DNA of 61,334 nt, the filler included, from Rhizaria sp. SCN 62-66 (taxonomy: Eukaryota): NCBI GenBank assembly GCA_001724265.1. It is 3 parts of 3 records of this genome, joined end to end, with 100 filler letters (N's around TTAATTAATTAA, not from the genome) between each part and the next. Parts side by side here need not be neighbours in the genome. Positions count along the whole stretch, not along the records: positions 44,132 to 61,334 come from MEDY01000484.1; 2 more parts are not named here. One strand, 5' to 3'. Position numbers and translations under genes: made by a program. Every line of letters starts with the position of its first letter. The first letter of the stretch is position 1. This document shows positions 48,581 to 59,790 of this stretch, piece after piece. The notes below the pieces were generated by a model. The model did not search any database, was not told the DNA's origin, and saw only the letters and a program-made list of their open reading frames with translations.

Positions 48581-49533
48581 AAGAGAGGAAGCACGTAACA
48601 AAGACGACCAGCAGGCGCGCGCGAGTGGGGGAGCTGTAGCGACAACAAGACTGGGGGCAGTTGTTGTGGGTGCAGGTCTGCTGCGGTGTGGGGTAGTTAC
48701 ACTGTCGAGAGCGGCGCAGAAGAAGGCGGGGTGCCCTTATGACCGGTCGACAAGTGTGGGTAAGGTCTAGGTGAGTAGTCGGGATGCGGTATCAGAGATA
48801 GAGAAAGAGGCACACGAGTGTGAGCAGTGATAAAGCATGTGATGTTAAGGGTGACCGGAACATCGGCAGTGACTACAAAGAGGCTGCTGCAGAAAACAGG
48901 ATGACAGAGATGCAATGAAATCAAAGACACACAATAATGACAAGTGCATCATACACAAAACCCTTCGAGTTTCTTTCAATTCGCCTGCTTTGCGGTTGAG
49001 AGACAATGATAAAAGCGCGTATCAGGAGGGTGGTAGAGTGCCCTCTCAGCAGAAAAGCAAAGTAGTGCTGGAGTCGAAGCATGGCACTAAGTTCACTTAC
49101 TAAAACAAAAAAAGATAATTCACGTCACCACTCCTCTTCGAGTTGAACCCTGTTTGAGTTTGTCGGTTTTTAACGGTGAAACGAACTCATCGAAATCTCT
49201 CGAGACGAAACTGCCAGCGGCTTGATTTTGGCTCCTCTCTGACCAAGAAGACCGACCACACAAGCGATCGACCGAGCGATCGCTCACGGTCACCCGCGAG
49301 CACCAGAGTCAGCACAACGAGGGGCCAAAATGATGGTCTATTTCGCGATGATAGATCCGTCATTTAGTATCATCCACCACACCATGGGTAGATATATGAG
49401 TTTTAATGCCATATCCTTGATTGTGTTCTCTATAATCACATTAAGCTTTATATCTACCGCTTTGTTTCCATGCTGTCGCTCACTCCTACAAACCACCCCC
49501 GAACCCTGCCGCCACTGCCCTGCTCGCAGCGAT

Positions 49534-50146
49534 ATGTCTTCCATCGCGCTTGCTAAGTCCAAGGACTGGAAGGTCATTTACCCCATCAGCATGGACAAGT
49601 CCCGCTCTGTCAGCGAGGGCCGTCTTGTGCCCTCGTACCTCGCTCTCTCGCAGCCCACTGCCCGCGAGATCGGCGATGCCTGCCTCCACTTCCGCATCCC
49701 CTACGTCATCGAGGTACGCCATGGAACTCATATGTTATTCGCCCTTACAGATGCAGATGCACCGCTTTTTTTGTCCGTCTGTACATTTCTCCTTGCTCTC
49801 AATGTTCGTTGGTGCACAGCAGGTTTCTCACCTCCCTCATCTTGTCCACCTTTGCTTCCTCCTCTCCACCTCCACGCCCCCCTCGCTCCAGCCCAACAAG
49901 CGCCACCCTTCGGACCCGTTCACTGCGGGCCGCGTGCGCTATCAGCTGGACCGCGACGGCGTGCTGATCGTGGACGATGTGGCCTCGAAGCCCGCGCTGG
50001 CGCGGTTGCTTGCCAAGCACATTGCATCTACGCCCATGCGCCTCGAGCTGGCCAAGAACAAGGCCAACGCGGCGGCCGCGGCGGCCGCTCCCAACCGCGG
50101 CCAGCCCAAGGCGCCCAAGGTCAAGAAGATTATTATCCGCCGGTAA
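49534..50146 (+). CDS. SRP19: Signal recognition particle 19 kDa protein; exons 49534-49713 and 49892-50146
   Basis: WKVIYPISMDKSRSVSEGRLVP...PTAREIGDAC...IE|PNKRHPSD...GRVRYQL is the SRP19 signature; intron 49714-49891 (GTACGC..CAG); basic C-terminus; ends in TAA. Confidence 0.92.
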
Positions 50147-50963
50147 ATGCGCGCGCCCGCGCGCCACGTTTGCTGTCCGCTATATACGGGGGACTCACAA
50201 GCAGGGCACAGACTTTAATAAATGGTCTGGCTTGAGCTGTCGTTGCTGCTCATGATCCTTGCGCTTGCTGTGTTTTCCCGCCCGCGTGTAGCCGTGACTG
50301 TGAAAGTATCAGTGCTGATGTCAGCCTCATTATGGCTCATTAAGTCGAGCTGCTGATGTTATGAACTCGCCCCCTGTTTTATTTCGATATCTTGTCATTT
50401 TATACCTGATTACATTAGCCTACCTTCCATGAATACATAAACGTCGTCTTTATGCTATTGCATTTAGCTGTCGATATTGAATTCAGCAACAACTCTCTAA
50501 CATGACGATGACTCGTAGCAAAGGAGAGTTTAATGTATTCATTATTTGTACGTAATCATCACTGTTGTTACTTGCTGCGAGCACGACCAACTGACTGGCC
50601 GACAACACAGAAATAAAAAGATACGAGGCAAACAGGAGAGGGTTTTCAAAAGTAAACATAACAAAACAAAGCACAGATAAGATTTACGTGCACGACGTGT
50701 CACCACGACACATCTCGACATTAAAGTGAAATAAATGTACACAAACAAACAAAAGTTCCAAACAAAAAAATGTCGTCGTTGTAACAGCAAACAATTAAAA
50801 CAGAAAAAAAAACGGCAACAGCAATACGTGATATGAACACAAACAAGCAAGAACACAAGCAATAGTCTTTTTAAACCCTTCACAAGTCACTTATAACAAG
50901 GTGCTCACACAGCTCGCGACCGCTCCCAGTGTGACACTGCGCTGCTGACAGTCACTTGGCTGC

Positions 50964-52580
50964 TCACAGTCCGCCGGCCTTCTTCGCGAGCCAGTTCTCG
51001 CGCCGCGCGATCTTGCCGACAGTGGCGTCGTGGACCATGTGCAGCACCGCGTCGCGCAGCAGCTCGGGCTCTTGCTCCGCGTGCCGCTTGATGAACCTCA
51101 GCGCCAGCTCGGCCACGGGCCCCGCCTGCAGCGGCGGCCACTTGCGGTAGTCGAGCAGCGTCTTGGGCGTCTCGAGCCCGATGAGCCGGTCGCGCATGAG
51201 CACGAGCTGAGCGACGACACAGTAGAGTGAGGCCGCGGGGCCCATCGCCAGCAGCGTGTCCCATAGCCGCACGGCCTCGTGCAGCGGCGCCACAGTCGCG
51301 GACATCGTCTTGACGCAAGGGAAGGCGTAGAGAATCGCGGTGAGCGAGGGCGTGCCGCTGGCGAGGTGCGTGTAGAGGTCGGGGTCAATGCTGGCGAGCA
51401 GTTTGTCGATGAGGTGGCAGCCGGCCTCGACACCGATGTGGTTGGCGCGCCAGTAGAGCGGGATAGCCTGCGTGCAGAAGAGCGAAAATGCGTTGAAGGC
51501 GTCCAACTCGGGCATGATGTAGAGGAAGACTCCGGCGTAGACGTTCATGCCCTGGCAATACTGCCAGTCGTCGCCGGCGAACTTGCGGTCGAACGCCGTG
51601 CACACGCGCGCGATGGCCTGCTCGGGCACGTTGTTGAGGAACGGCGACGCCTCGCGGTCGCTCGTATTGAAAGTCCGGAACGAGTCGTCGCGGATAAGCG
51701 GAAAGCGCTTCGAGGGGCCCTGCGTCGTCAGGGAAATGTACTCGGAGGCGGAGGTCCAGGAGCGAAGGTAAGCCGCGGCCAGACTTAACGCCGTCTCGGA
51801 GCCAGCCGCGGGATTCGCAGCCGACTGCTGCTCGGGGTCTGTGCTGCTGCCCGTCTTGTCCTTCTTGTCTTTGCTGGTGTAGGCGTGCGCGGCCTCACTG
51901 CCGACGGTGTACAGCGCGGCCAGGAAGGGCCCAGTGATGAGCAGCTTCCACACGGCCGCGCGCGGGCTGGCGGCCACGCCGCACGTCGCCACTGCCGCGT
52001 TGCGCAGCGCCGCCGTCGCTGGGTCGATGTCCAGCAGCTTCGACTCGGGCCCGCAGACCGCGTCCCAGAGCTCGGTCACCGCCGCCGCGTCGGCCTCGGC
52101 GTCTGCGCCGCCGCTGCTGCCGTCGTTCTTGGTCTGGGCCGCGCCGTGGGCCTTGATGGCGGCGGCGGCGTCTGCGGCGACGGCGGCGAGCGCGTCTGCG
52201 GCCGCGATGTTAGCCTCGGTCTTAAGGCTCGTGCTGTGCGGTGCGTAGGCCGAGGCAAGGCCCAGCTCGGCGCGGCGCGACAGGTGCAAGTCGTGCTCGT
52301 AGACGGGGCCCAGTCCGTGCGCCGTCACGGCGTCGCGAAGCTCGCCCAGGCACGCGGTCAGCTGCGCGGCGAGGGGCGGGGACGGCTGCAGCGGCACCGA
52401 GTGCTGCTGCAGGAACGAGTGCACAATCTGGAGCGCGGCCGCGACATGCGGGTCGAGCTGGCCGGAGACGGGGAGGTCTGACATCGCGGAGGACGATGAG
52501 GATGAGGATGTGACTGTTCCAGTCGCGGCTGTAGAAGGGGGCAGGGCGACGGGGCCGGCCGTGGTTGAGGACGAGCTCAT
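50964..52580 (-). CDS. BUB2: Bub2/Cdc16-type TBC-domain GTPase-activating protein
   Basis: TBC catalytic fingers IRDDSFRTF and YCQGMNV, plus Bub2/Cdc16-like segments GVEAGCHLIDKLL, LYAFPCV...PLHEAVRLWD...CVVAQLVLMRD...WPPL. ATG at 52580, TGA at 50964-50966; no intron. Confidence 0.8.
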   Translation of the reverse strand: MSSSSTTAGPVALPPSTAATGTVTSSSSSSSAMSDLPVSGQLDPHVAAALQIVHSFLQQHSVPLQPSPPLAAQLTACLGELRDAVTAHGLGPVYEHDLHLSRRAELGLASAYAPHSTSLKTEANIAAADALAAVAADAAAAIKAHGAAQTKNDGSSGGADAEADAAAVTELWDAVCGPESKLLDIDPATAALRNAAVATCGVAASPRAAVWKLLITGPFLAALYTVGSEAAHAYTSKDKKDKTGSSTDPEQQSAANPAAGSETALSLAAAYLRSWTSASEYISLTTQGPSKRFPLIRDDSFRTFNTSDREASPFLNNVPEQAIARVCTAFDRKFAGDDWQYCQGMNVYAGVFLYIMPELDAFNAFSLFCTQAIPLYWRANHIGVEAGCHLIDKLLASIDPDLYTHLASGTPSLTAILYAFPCVKTMSATVAPLHEAVRLWDTLLAMGPAASLYCVVAQLVLMRDRLIGLETPKTLLDYRKWPPLQAGPVAELALRFIKRHAEQEPELLRDAVLHMVHDATVGKIARRENWLAKKAGGL

Positions 52581-53349
52581 TGGAGCTTCAAGCCGACGCA
52601 AAAACAACGCAGTAGAGTGGTTGGCGCGTTAGACGAGGTCTTTATGGCGCTGTTGTTCGGGTTGGGGGCACGGCGCGTGCTCTGCTTCGAGGAGAGAGCT
52701 GTTGGAGGCGCGCGAGCAGCAACAAGGAGTGTTGCCCTGAGGGAAAGCTGCGGGCTGTCAGAGCGCGGTCAGCAGTAAGAGCAAACGTGCGTGCAGGTAG
52801 TTGCGCGGGTGGGTGCGGTGGCTAGAAAGGAGATACGGCGGGAGACAAGGAACGTGAGATGAGAGGTGGACACGAGCCAAATCAAGAGGAAAAAAGGGGG
52901 ATTAAGAAAACAGGCATACATGATCACCAGCTCGACTGTTTGGACATTGTTCAGCGATAAAACGAGAATGTGTTGCAATATATACTATATCGGATATATA
53001 CACAATTTGACGATTATTTTAGTGTCGAGCAGCTCAGTTTAATGAATGCAAACGGGGAGGCAACCAACGTGTCGTTTCTGATTCGAGTTTTTCAGAACCG
53101 GCGTGGCGGGATGAGACAACGGAAGAAACCGCTGATCTTTTAGTGCACATAGAGCCTTCAAAAATCTGTCAGTATCTCTGTTGACCCACATAACAGTAAA
53201 ATAATAGCGTGGCTAATATTATTCAAATTGCAATATCTGTACTGTATGTATATACATGCTCATACTCTCTGTCTCCAATCGCCCATTTCCCCAGTCCTCT
53301 TCGCTCTCTCACACCTGCCAGACCGAGTCACAGCAACCTCATCGCATCC

Positions 53350-56300
53350 ATGAGCACCTACCCCGCGCCTGGCGGTGGTGGCGACGCTCTGCCGTCTCTG
53401 ACGGACAGCCGGCGCATGATCTCCGCGCTCGACAGCCTGACGCTGCAGCGCTCCCGCGGCGGCCCCGCCCCTGCGCCCCCTTCGTCGCTGCATCCTTCGG
53501 CCACCACCGGCGCGGTGGCCTCCAGCTCCGCGCAGTACTCCGGCCAGGGCCTGCATTCCACCCCATCCAAGTCCGCGCTCTCCCGCTCCGCGCACTCGAT
53601 CCTCGGGACCGGCGGCGCCGCCTCTACCTCGCAGGCGGTGCAATCCCCGCGTTTGCCATTCCCGACGTTGCCCAGCAACACAAACGCCGGGCTCAGCAAG
53701 ACGCAGTCGCTGCTCGCGTCCCCACACTCGCTCGGCGTTTCGCACGGGCCCGCGCTTCCAGCGGCGTCGCCTGGCTACGTGGCCGCGAACAGCGCGGGCG
53801 CATCAGCCGCCGCCGCAGCCTCTGGCTCTGGCTCCGTCTCGAGCTCTAGCAGTGCTGCAGGCTTCGTGACTGCTGCTAGTGTGGAGCGCCGCTTGGGCGC
53901 GGTGCGCGAGCTGCAGCTGCTGCAGGAGGAGAACGCGACGCTGCGCGTGCAGGCGCGCCGCATGACCGAAGAGCACCAACGGCAGAAGCACGGCCAGGCC
54001 GAGCTGTGCGCGCGACACGACTCGCTGCAGCAGCACTACCAGTCGTCGCAGGCGCTCGTGGCGGCACTGCAGGCCGAAAGCGCCAAGTCGCGGCGCGAGC
54101 TGGCGCTGCTGCTGTCATCCTCGGCGCAGGGCCAGCGCATCACCGAGCTTGAGGCCGAGGTGGCCCGGCTTAAGGCCGAGACGGCGAGACTCAAGGATAA
54201 GGTCGACGAAGAGCGCGCCGGCGCCGAGAAGGTGCAGGGCCGCATGGCACAGCTCGACGAGGTTGCGGCGCGCGCCCTGCGTGAGCTGGCCGTCTCCGAG
54301 CGGCTGCGCACCGAGGCCAAGGACAAGGCCAAGATTGCCGCGTTGCAGGCGAACCTGAGCCGCGCCTAGGTGAGTGAGACCGAGAGCAGCGAGCGCGTGG
54401 CCGAGCTCAGGAAGCAGGTGCTGCGCGCTGTCGAGCAGTTTGAAACGACCGAGACGGAGCGCATTAGCACGCTTACGCTCAAGTACGTGCAAGACCAGCA
54501 CTCCGCGTCGCTGGAGAGCGACAACCTGACCGCGCTGCGCACCAAAGTGCGCGAGCTGGTGCAGCAGCTCACCATCACCTCGGCCTCACACATGCGCGCT
54601 GCGCACATGATCATCTCACTTCGCGAGCGCGTCACGGAGCTGGAGAACAACAACGCCGAGCTGGCCGCTAGCGTCACCGTCGCTGAGAAGGGCCGCGCCG
54701 CCGCGCAGCAGACGGCCGAGTCGTTCCGCGACGCGCACAGCACCGAGGCACAGCGCGCGGCCGCGCTCGAGGCCGCCGCCAAGGCCGCAGGCACTGAGTC
54801 GCGCCAGAACGACGCCGGCGCCGCCTTCTACCGCGACCAGCTGCAGCTGCTCACGGCGCGCGTCGCTCCCGCCGAGGCCACGCTCGCGGAGGCCAGGCAG
54901 GCGGCGGCTGCGGCCGCGGAGCACGCTACTGCGGCTGAGGCCAAGGCCGACCTCGTGGGCCGCGAGCTAGCTGCAGCGCGTGCGGCCACTGAGACGGTCG
55001 AGAGGGACCGCCAGGCTGCGGCACAAGTACGTAGACCAATGTTAGACCAATGTTATGTTTTTTATGCATTTTTCAACATGTTTGCTATGATTTACCTTGT
55101 TTCACAATATATTGCCGATATGTTATCATTCGTTTTATCTTAATTTGTCTTCAATTGTTTTCTCTAGGCTGCATCTGCGGCCCTCGCTGCTGCTAACGAG
55201 AGCGAGCGCAAGCGCGAGCGCACTGACCGTGAGCTCGTCTCGGCGCGCACCGAGATCGACGCTCTCAAGGCCGCCGTGGCGTCACACATCGCGGCCCGCA
55301 GCGAGCTTGTGCTTAAGCTCACCTCTAGCTCCAGCTCCAGCTCCAGTTCCAACGCAAGCACGGATACTCCCGCGAATGCTATTAATGGCAGCGGTGTCGC
55401 TGTGACCGCTGACGGCATTGCGCGGATGCAGCATGAGCACCAGCAGCAGCTCGCAGCCGTCCGCAGCACAGTCACAGAGCTCCAGGCCGAGCTTTTCTCC
55501 CGCGAGGCCTCGCTGGCTGCCGCATCCGCTGATGTGGCCGCCGTTAACGACGAGTGTGCCGAGCTCACCCGCGACCTCGCCACTGCGCACGCGCTGGTTG
55601 CTGACTTACGGGCCGCAGTGCGAGCCAAGGACAGGCTGATTGCGTCGCTGCCCAAGCCGCCGCCGACGCGGCCGTCGTTTGCACTGCGTCCCAACAACAC
55701 CACTGCGAAGAACGCGAGCAACAACAACAACAACAGTAATAACAACGCGGCTAATATCGGCTCGAGTGCCGCCAACATGGAGGCAGCCGCGGCCGCGGCT
55801 GCGACGGCGGCAGACGAGGCTCTGCATAACCACTTGGCGCAGGAGCGTGACAAACGCGCCCGACTGCGCGCCGCGCTGCGGTCGCTCGAGCCTCTGTTTG
55901 CGGCGACGACTGCGCGCGTTGCCGCTGCTGCCGCCTCCGCAGCGTCAACATCCGCCTCTGCTGCGAGCAGCTCCGACCTGCCGCAGTCGCAGCTTCAGCA
56001 GCAACAACAGCACCAAGAGCCTCCTGCGGTGTCCGCCGCTGCTTCCGCCGCCGCCGCACTGCGCTCCTTCATGGCGGCTCTGGACCAGGAGCGGGCTCGC
56101 CACCGCGACCTCTCGGTCGTCGGTCGCCTTATCCACGGCCTGCTAACCCACGTCACGGCCGCGCTCGACGCTGCCGCCGCCGCCGCGGGCGCCGGAGCGG
56201 ACACCGGGGCGAAGCTCGCCGCGGCCGAGCGCGGGGAGGCGCGCGCTCAGGAGCAGTTGGCGCTCGTGATGGGCGAGCTGCGGGCCGCTGCGTCGGGCGC

Positions 56301-59300
56301 GGCGAGCGCAAACGAGCGCGTGAGTGCGCTCACGCTCAAGCTGCGCGCTGCCGAGGCCGAGGCCGCCGCCGCGAGCAATGCCATCACAAGCACTAGTGCG
56401 AACACGAGCACTGCTAGTAACACTGCGAGTGGTGTCGTGGCGAAGCACTCTCTCGCCGAAGCAAGCGCGCGCGTGTCGCAGCTTACCACCGAGCTCTTGG
56501 CGTCGCAGCACAGCCATCGCGCCGCCGCCGCCGAGGCTGCCGCTCTGCGCGCCAAGCACGCGGCCTTGCTTAAGGAGCACGCCGCGGCCTTCACCGAGAC
56601 CGCCGCGCTTAAGACGGCGCTGGCCCAGGCCAAGGCCGACCTGCGTCTGCTGCCGGCGACCGCGGACCGGCTCCGCGCGCTGCTGCTGACGGAGCAGGCG
56701 CACAAGGCGCTGGCGGGCACCGAGGTGGCGTCGCTCAAGACGCAGCTCAGACACCTGCGCGCGATGCACGGCAAGAGCAACGGCAGCGACGACGCCAGTG
56801 TCGGCGGCGCTAGCGTCGCCGCGACGGCGTCAGGCTCGGTCTCCGCGGGCGGCCTGGTGAGCCCTGCCGAGGAGGTCGACGTGCTGCTCAGTGGCTCCGG
56901 CACCGTGGCGCAGGCCGTCGCGTCTCTGCTCTCAACGCTGATGACGGCTGCTGCGACCGCAACGGCTCCCGCTGCCGCAGCGAGTACGCTCGCTGCTCCC
57001 TCTACTGCAAGCGATGGATCCGCTGCGAATAGCAGCAGCCACAGCGGCGCCAGCGGCAGCGGCGGTGCTGACTGCGACAACGCCGCGACTGCAGCGGCCA
57101 TCGACGCCGCGTCAGCTCGCGTGCGCACCATCGCCCGCGCGATCGACTCGTTCTTGATCTCGGTCTCCACGGTCGAGCGCGACTGCCCGCAGCTTGCGTC
57201 GCTCACGCGCGCACTCGCCGGACTGGCCACCTACGTCAGGGCCGTGCCGGACGCCGAGGCCGTCACGCTGGACAGTCTGGTGACCGCGACGGCTGCGCTT
57301 GACAAGGCCAGCGCTGCTGCGACTGCGGCCGCCACGGCCAACGACGCCGCTGCCGCGATCAGCAACAGCTCGAACAGCAACTCCGACGACGCGAGTAGCG
57401 GAACTGGCTCAACCATGAACGCTCTTGTGCTCTCGGGCTTGAACAGCAAGCGCGCAGGTGTTGCTGGCGCGACTGGCCTTGTCGTCTCGCCGGTCAACAT
57501 CTTGTCAGCGACTGCAGATTCATTGCTTGCACTCGCTGCCGGTCTACCTCTATCCGTTGATTCTCTCAATAACAGCAGCACAAACTCGAGCTCCAGCGCC
57601 AATGCGAGCAGCGGCAGCGTGACTGCGAATGGCGGTGATATCAGCGCGACCGAGGGCGCTTCGCTGCGCCCGCTGCCGCCGCGTCCCACCGCGGCCGTGC
57701 TGACTCAGGTCGCAGCGCTGTTGCGTCGCGTACGTGACGTGTTTGCGGGCCTCGACGCAGTGTCTGCAGCGACGCGCGCGTGCGCCAACCAGCTCAACGC
57801 GCCTTGCTCTCAAACCAGTACCGGCAGCTTGAGCGCTGTGGTTTTAGTGGGCGCGAGGAGCGCTGGCAACGCGGCGACTGCGTTTAGCATGACGAAGGCG
57901 ACTGCAGAGGACCCGTCTCTGGCGCCCGCGTCTCTCGCCACCGCCGTCACCGCCGCGGGCCGCACGTATCCCAGTGTGCTCCCGCTCGCCGGCGCCATTA
58001 GTGCGCTGTCTGCACGCGTGGGCGACACGGTGCACGTGGTGAGCGCGCTGACCACTGCGCTGCAGCCCTTTACCTCAGGCTCCGGGGCCCTTACATTAGC
58101 ATCGACTGCAAGCAGTGACTCGAGCTCATCTGCTGCGACCAGCGCGCTTGCCAGTCTGCGCACCAACACCCTCCACACGCTGGCGCAGCGTTCCGCTATC
58201 ACGGCGCCGCTTCTGCAGTCCCTCGACAGCGTGCTCGGGCACTACCAGCACTCGCACGACACGGCCTCGCGCGTCGCAGCGGCCGCCCGGTCTGCGACTG
58301 CCGCCATGCAGCGGGACATGACTGTCAGCAGCCACAGCGCCCTTGCGCCGGCCAACGGGAAGTCTTCGAGCACCGGCAGTAACGGCCACGCAAGCAACGA
58401 CGCCGACGCCGCAGCGATTGCTCTCGCGACGGGACTCAACACGTTCCTCTCGACTCTCAACAGCAACAACAACTGCGCGATTGCTACCACAAGCAGCGAT
58501 CCATTGATGTCGACCCTGACGAGCTTCGGCTATCTCTGCTCCGACACTGTCTCTGTCGCCCGTGCTGGTGCGCTTGTTGCTCTCGAGCTGCGTCGCTTGG
58601 ACGCAGCTGCCGCCAGCGTCGCCACGCTCGCAAACAGCACCGAGAACTGGGCAGTGCACTACTCTGCAACCGCGTCTGCTGCCCCGAGTAGCTCCACTGC
58701 TGCAGCCACGTTGCTGCAGTCGCAGACCGCGGCCTTCAACGCCGCCGTGACCAACATCTCCGCGACTCTGCGCCAGGTTGCGTCCGCATCTGCTCTGGCG
58801 CCCACGCTCCTGCCGCTTGCCACGACTCTCCTGTCTGCAGTCTCCACGATTCAAACGCTGCAGTCGGCGCTTGCGCGCGCCCCCACAGCGGCCGCCGCCT
58901 CTGCCGCGGCCGCTGCGGTTGCTGCCGCCGAGGCTGAAGCAGTGAGACTCCGACGCCGGCTGCGGTACGGCGGAGCAGCGGGTGCGGCAGCGGTGGCGGC
59001 GCGCCAGGGCCTAGTGCGCTACCTGGGCGCGTCGTTCGCGCCTGCTGTCGACTACCACCAGCAACAGCAGCAGCTCGCTCGCCTGAACCCAGCGTCCGCA
59101 GACGCGAACACAGACGGTAGCAACGCAGGCCCCACTGAGTCATCGCGGGCGTTGGTAGTCATCTCCCGCCTCGCGGCCGACGGGCCGCTGGAGCTGGCCG
59201 GCGCTCGCGAGGGCGACACGGTTCTCGCAGTGGAGACCACTACCGTGGCCGGTCTGGAGGACCTGCAGACTGCGTTCGACGCGCACTGTCACGTCGGCCG

Positions 59301-59790
59301 CTCCGTCGCCGTGCTGCTGCGGCGCGCGGCGGCCGGTGGGCGCGGCGAGACGCTCGTGCCCGTTGTCGTCAAGGTCGGCGCGCAGGGGCTGTCGCCGCGC
59401 GCTACGACCGCCGTGCTTACGCTCGCGCGCGCCGAGGGGACCGACTGGGCTGCCGCCGAGGCCGCGGTCACGGCCGCGACCGCCGCGTCGAGCCAGGACG
59501 CGCCCAACGCGGCGGCCGCGGTCGCGGTGGACTGGGAGGCGGTGGCGCGCGACAAGGACTGCGCGGCGCTCTGGCGCGACACGGTCGAGCGTGGTGCCGT
59601 GGAGGAGCTGTGGGACGAAACGGCCGGCGTGAGCGATGACGAGGACGACGCGCGCGCTGGCGACAAGGGCGCGCGAAAGGGCAAGGGCAGGGGCCACAGG
59701 GATCACGGGGGCAGTGATGAAGATGAGGATGAGGACGAGGATGAAGATTATCACGGCAGCAAGAGCGACGCTCACGACGATGATGACTAA
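53350..59790 (+). CDS. Large coiled-coil protein with C-terminal PDZ-like domain (about 2099 aa if TAG 54367-54369 is read through); exons 53350-55026 and 55168-59790
   Basis: ORFs 53209-54369 and 54370-55143 abut in one frame across a single TAG. An AT-rich intron 55027-55167 (GTACGT..CTAG) joins in frame to ORF 55276-59790. PDZ-like segment: YLGASF...VVISRLAADGPLELAGAREGDTVLAV...GRSVAVLLRR. Acidic tail; ends in TAA. Confidence 0.72.

Noticed and set aside
54364-54376. TAG|GTGAGT looks like a textbook splice donor, or CTAG like an acceptor, that might remove the stop
   Set aside because: As a donor it leaves the TAG in the exon. As an acceptor it needs an upstream intron, but the upstream DNA is GC-rich coiled-coil code without a nearby suitable GTAC donor, and all placed donors here are GTAC, not GTGAGT.
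55032-55054. 11-nt tandem duplication (TAGACCAATGT x2) at the start of an intron
   Set aside because: An ordinary slippage duplication in intronic DNA with no evident function.
859-59775. Hundreds of overlapping antisense and alternate-frame ORFs (e.g. 4821-6371, 14274-15464, 30767-32497, 41742-43247, 44825-46207, 47166-48770)
   Set aside because: These are expected shadows of very GC-rich coding DNA with few off-frame stops; the translations are Arg/Pro-rich or mirror the sense-strand repeats and show no domains.
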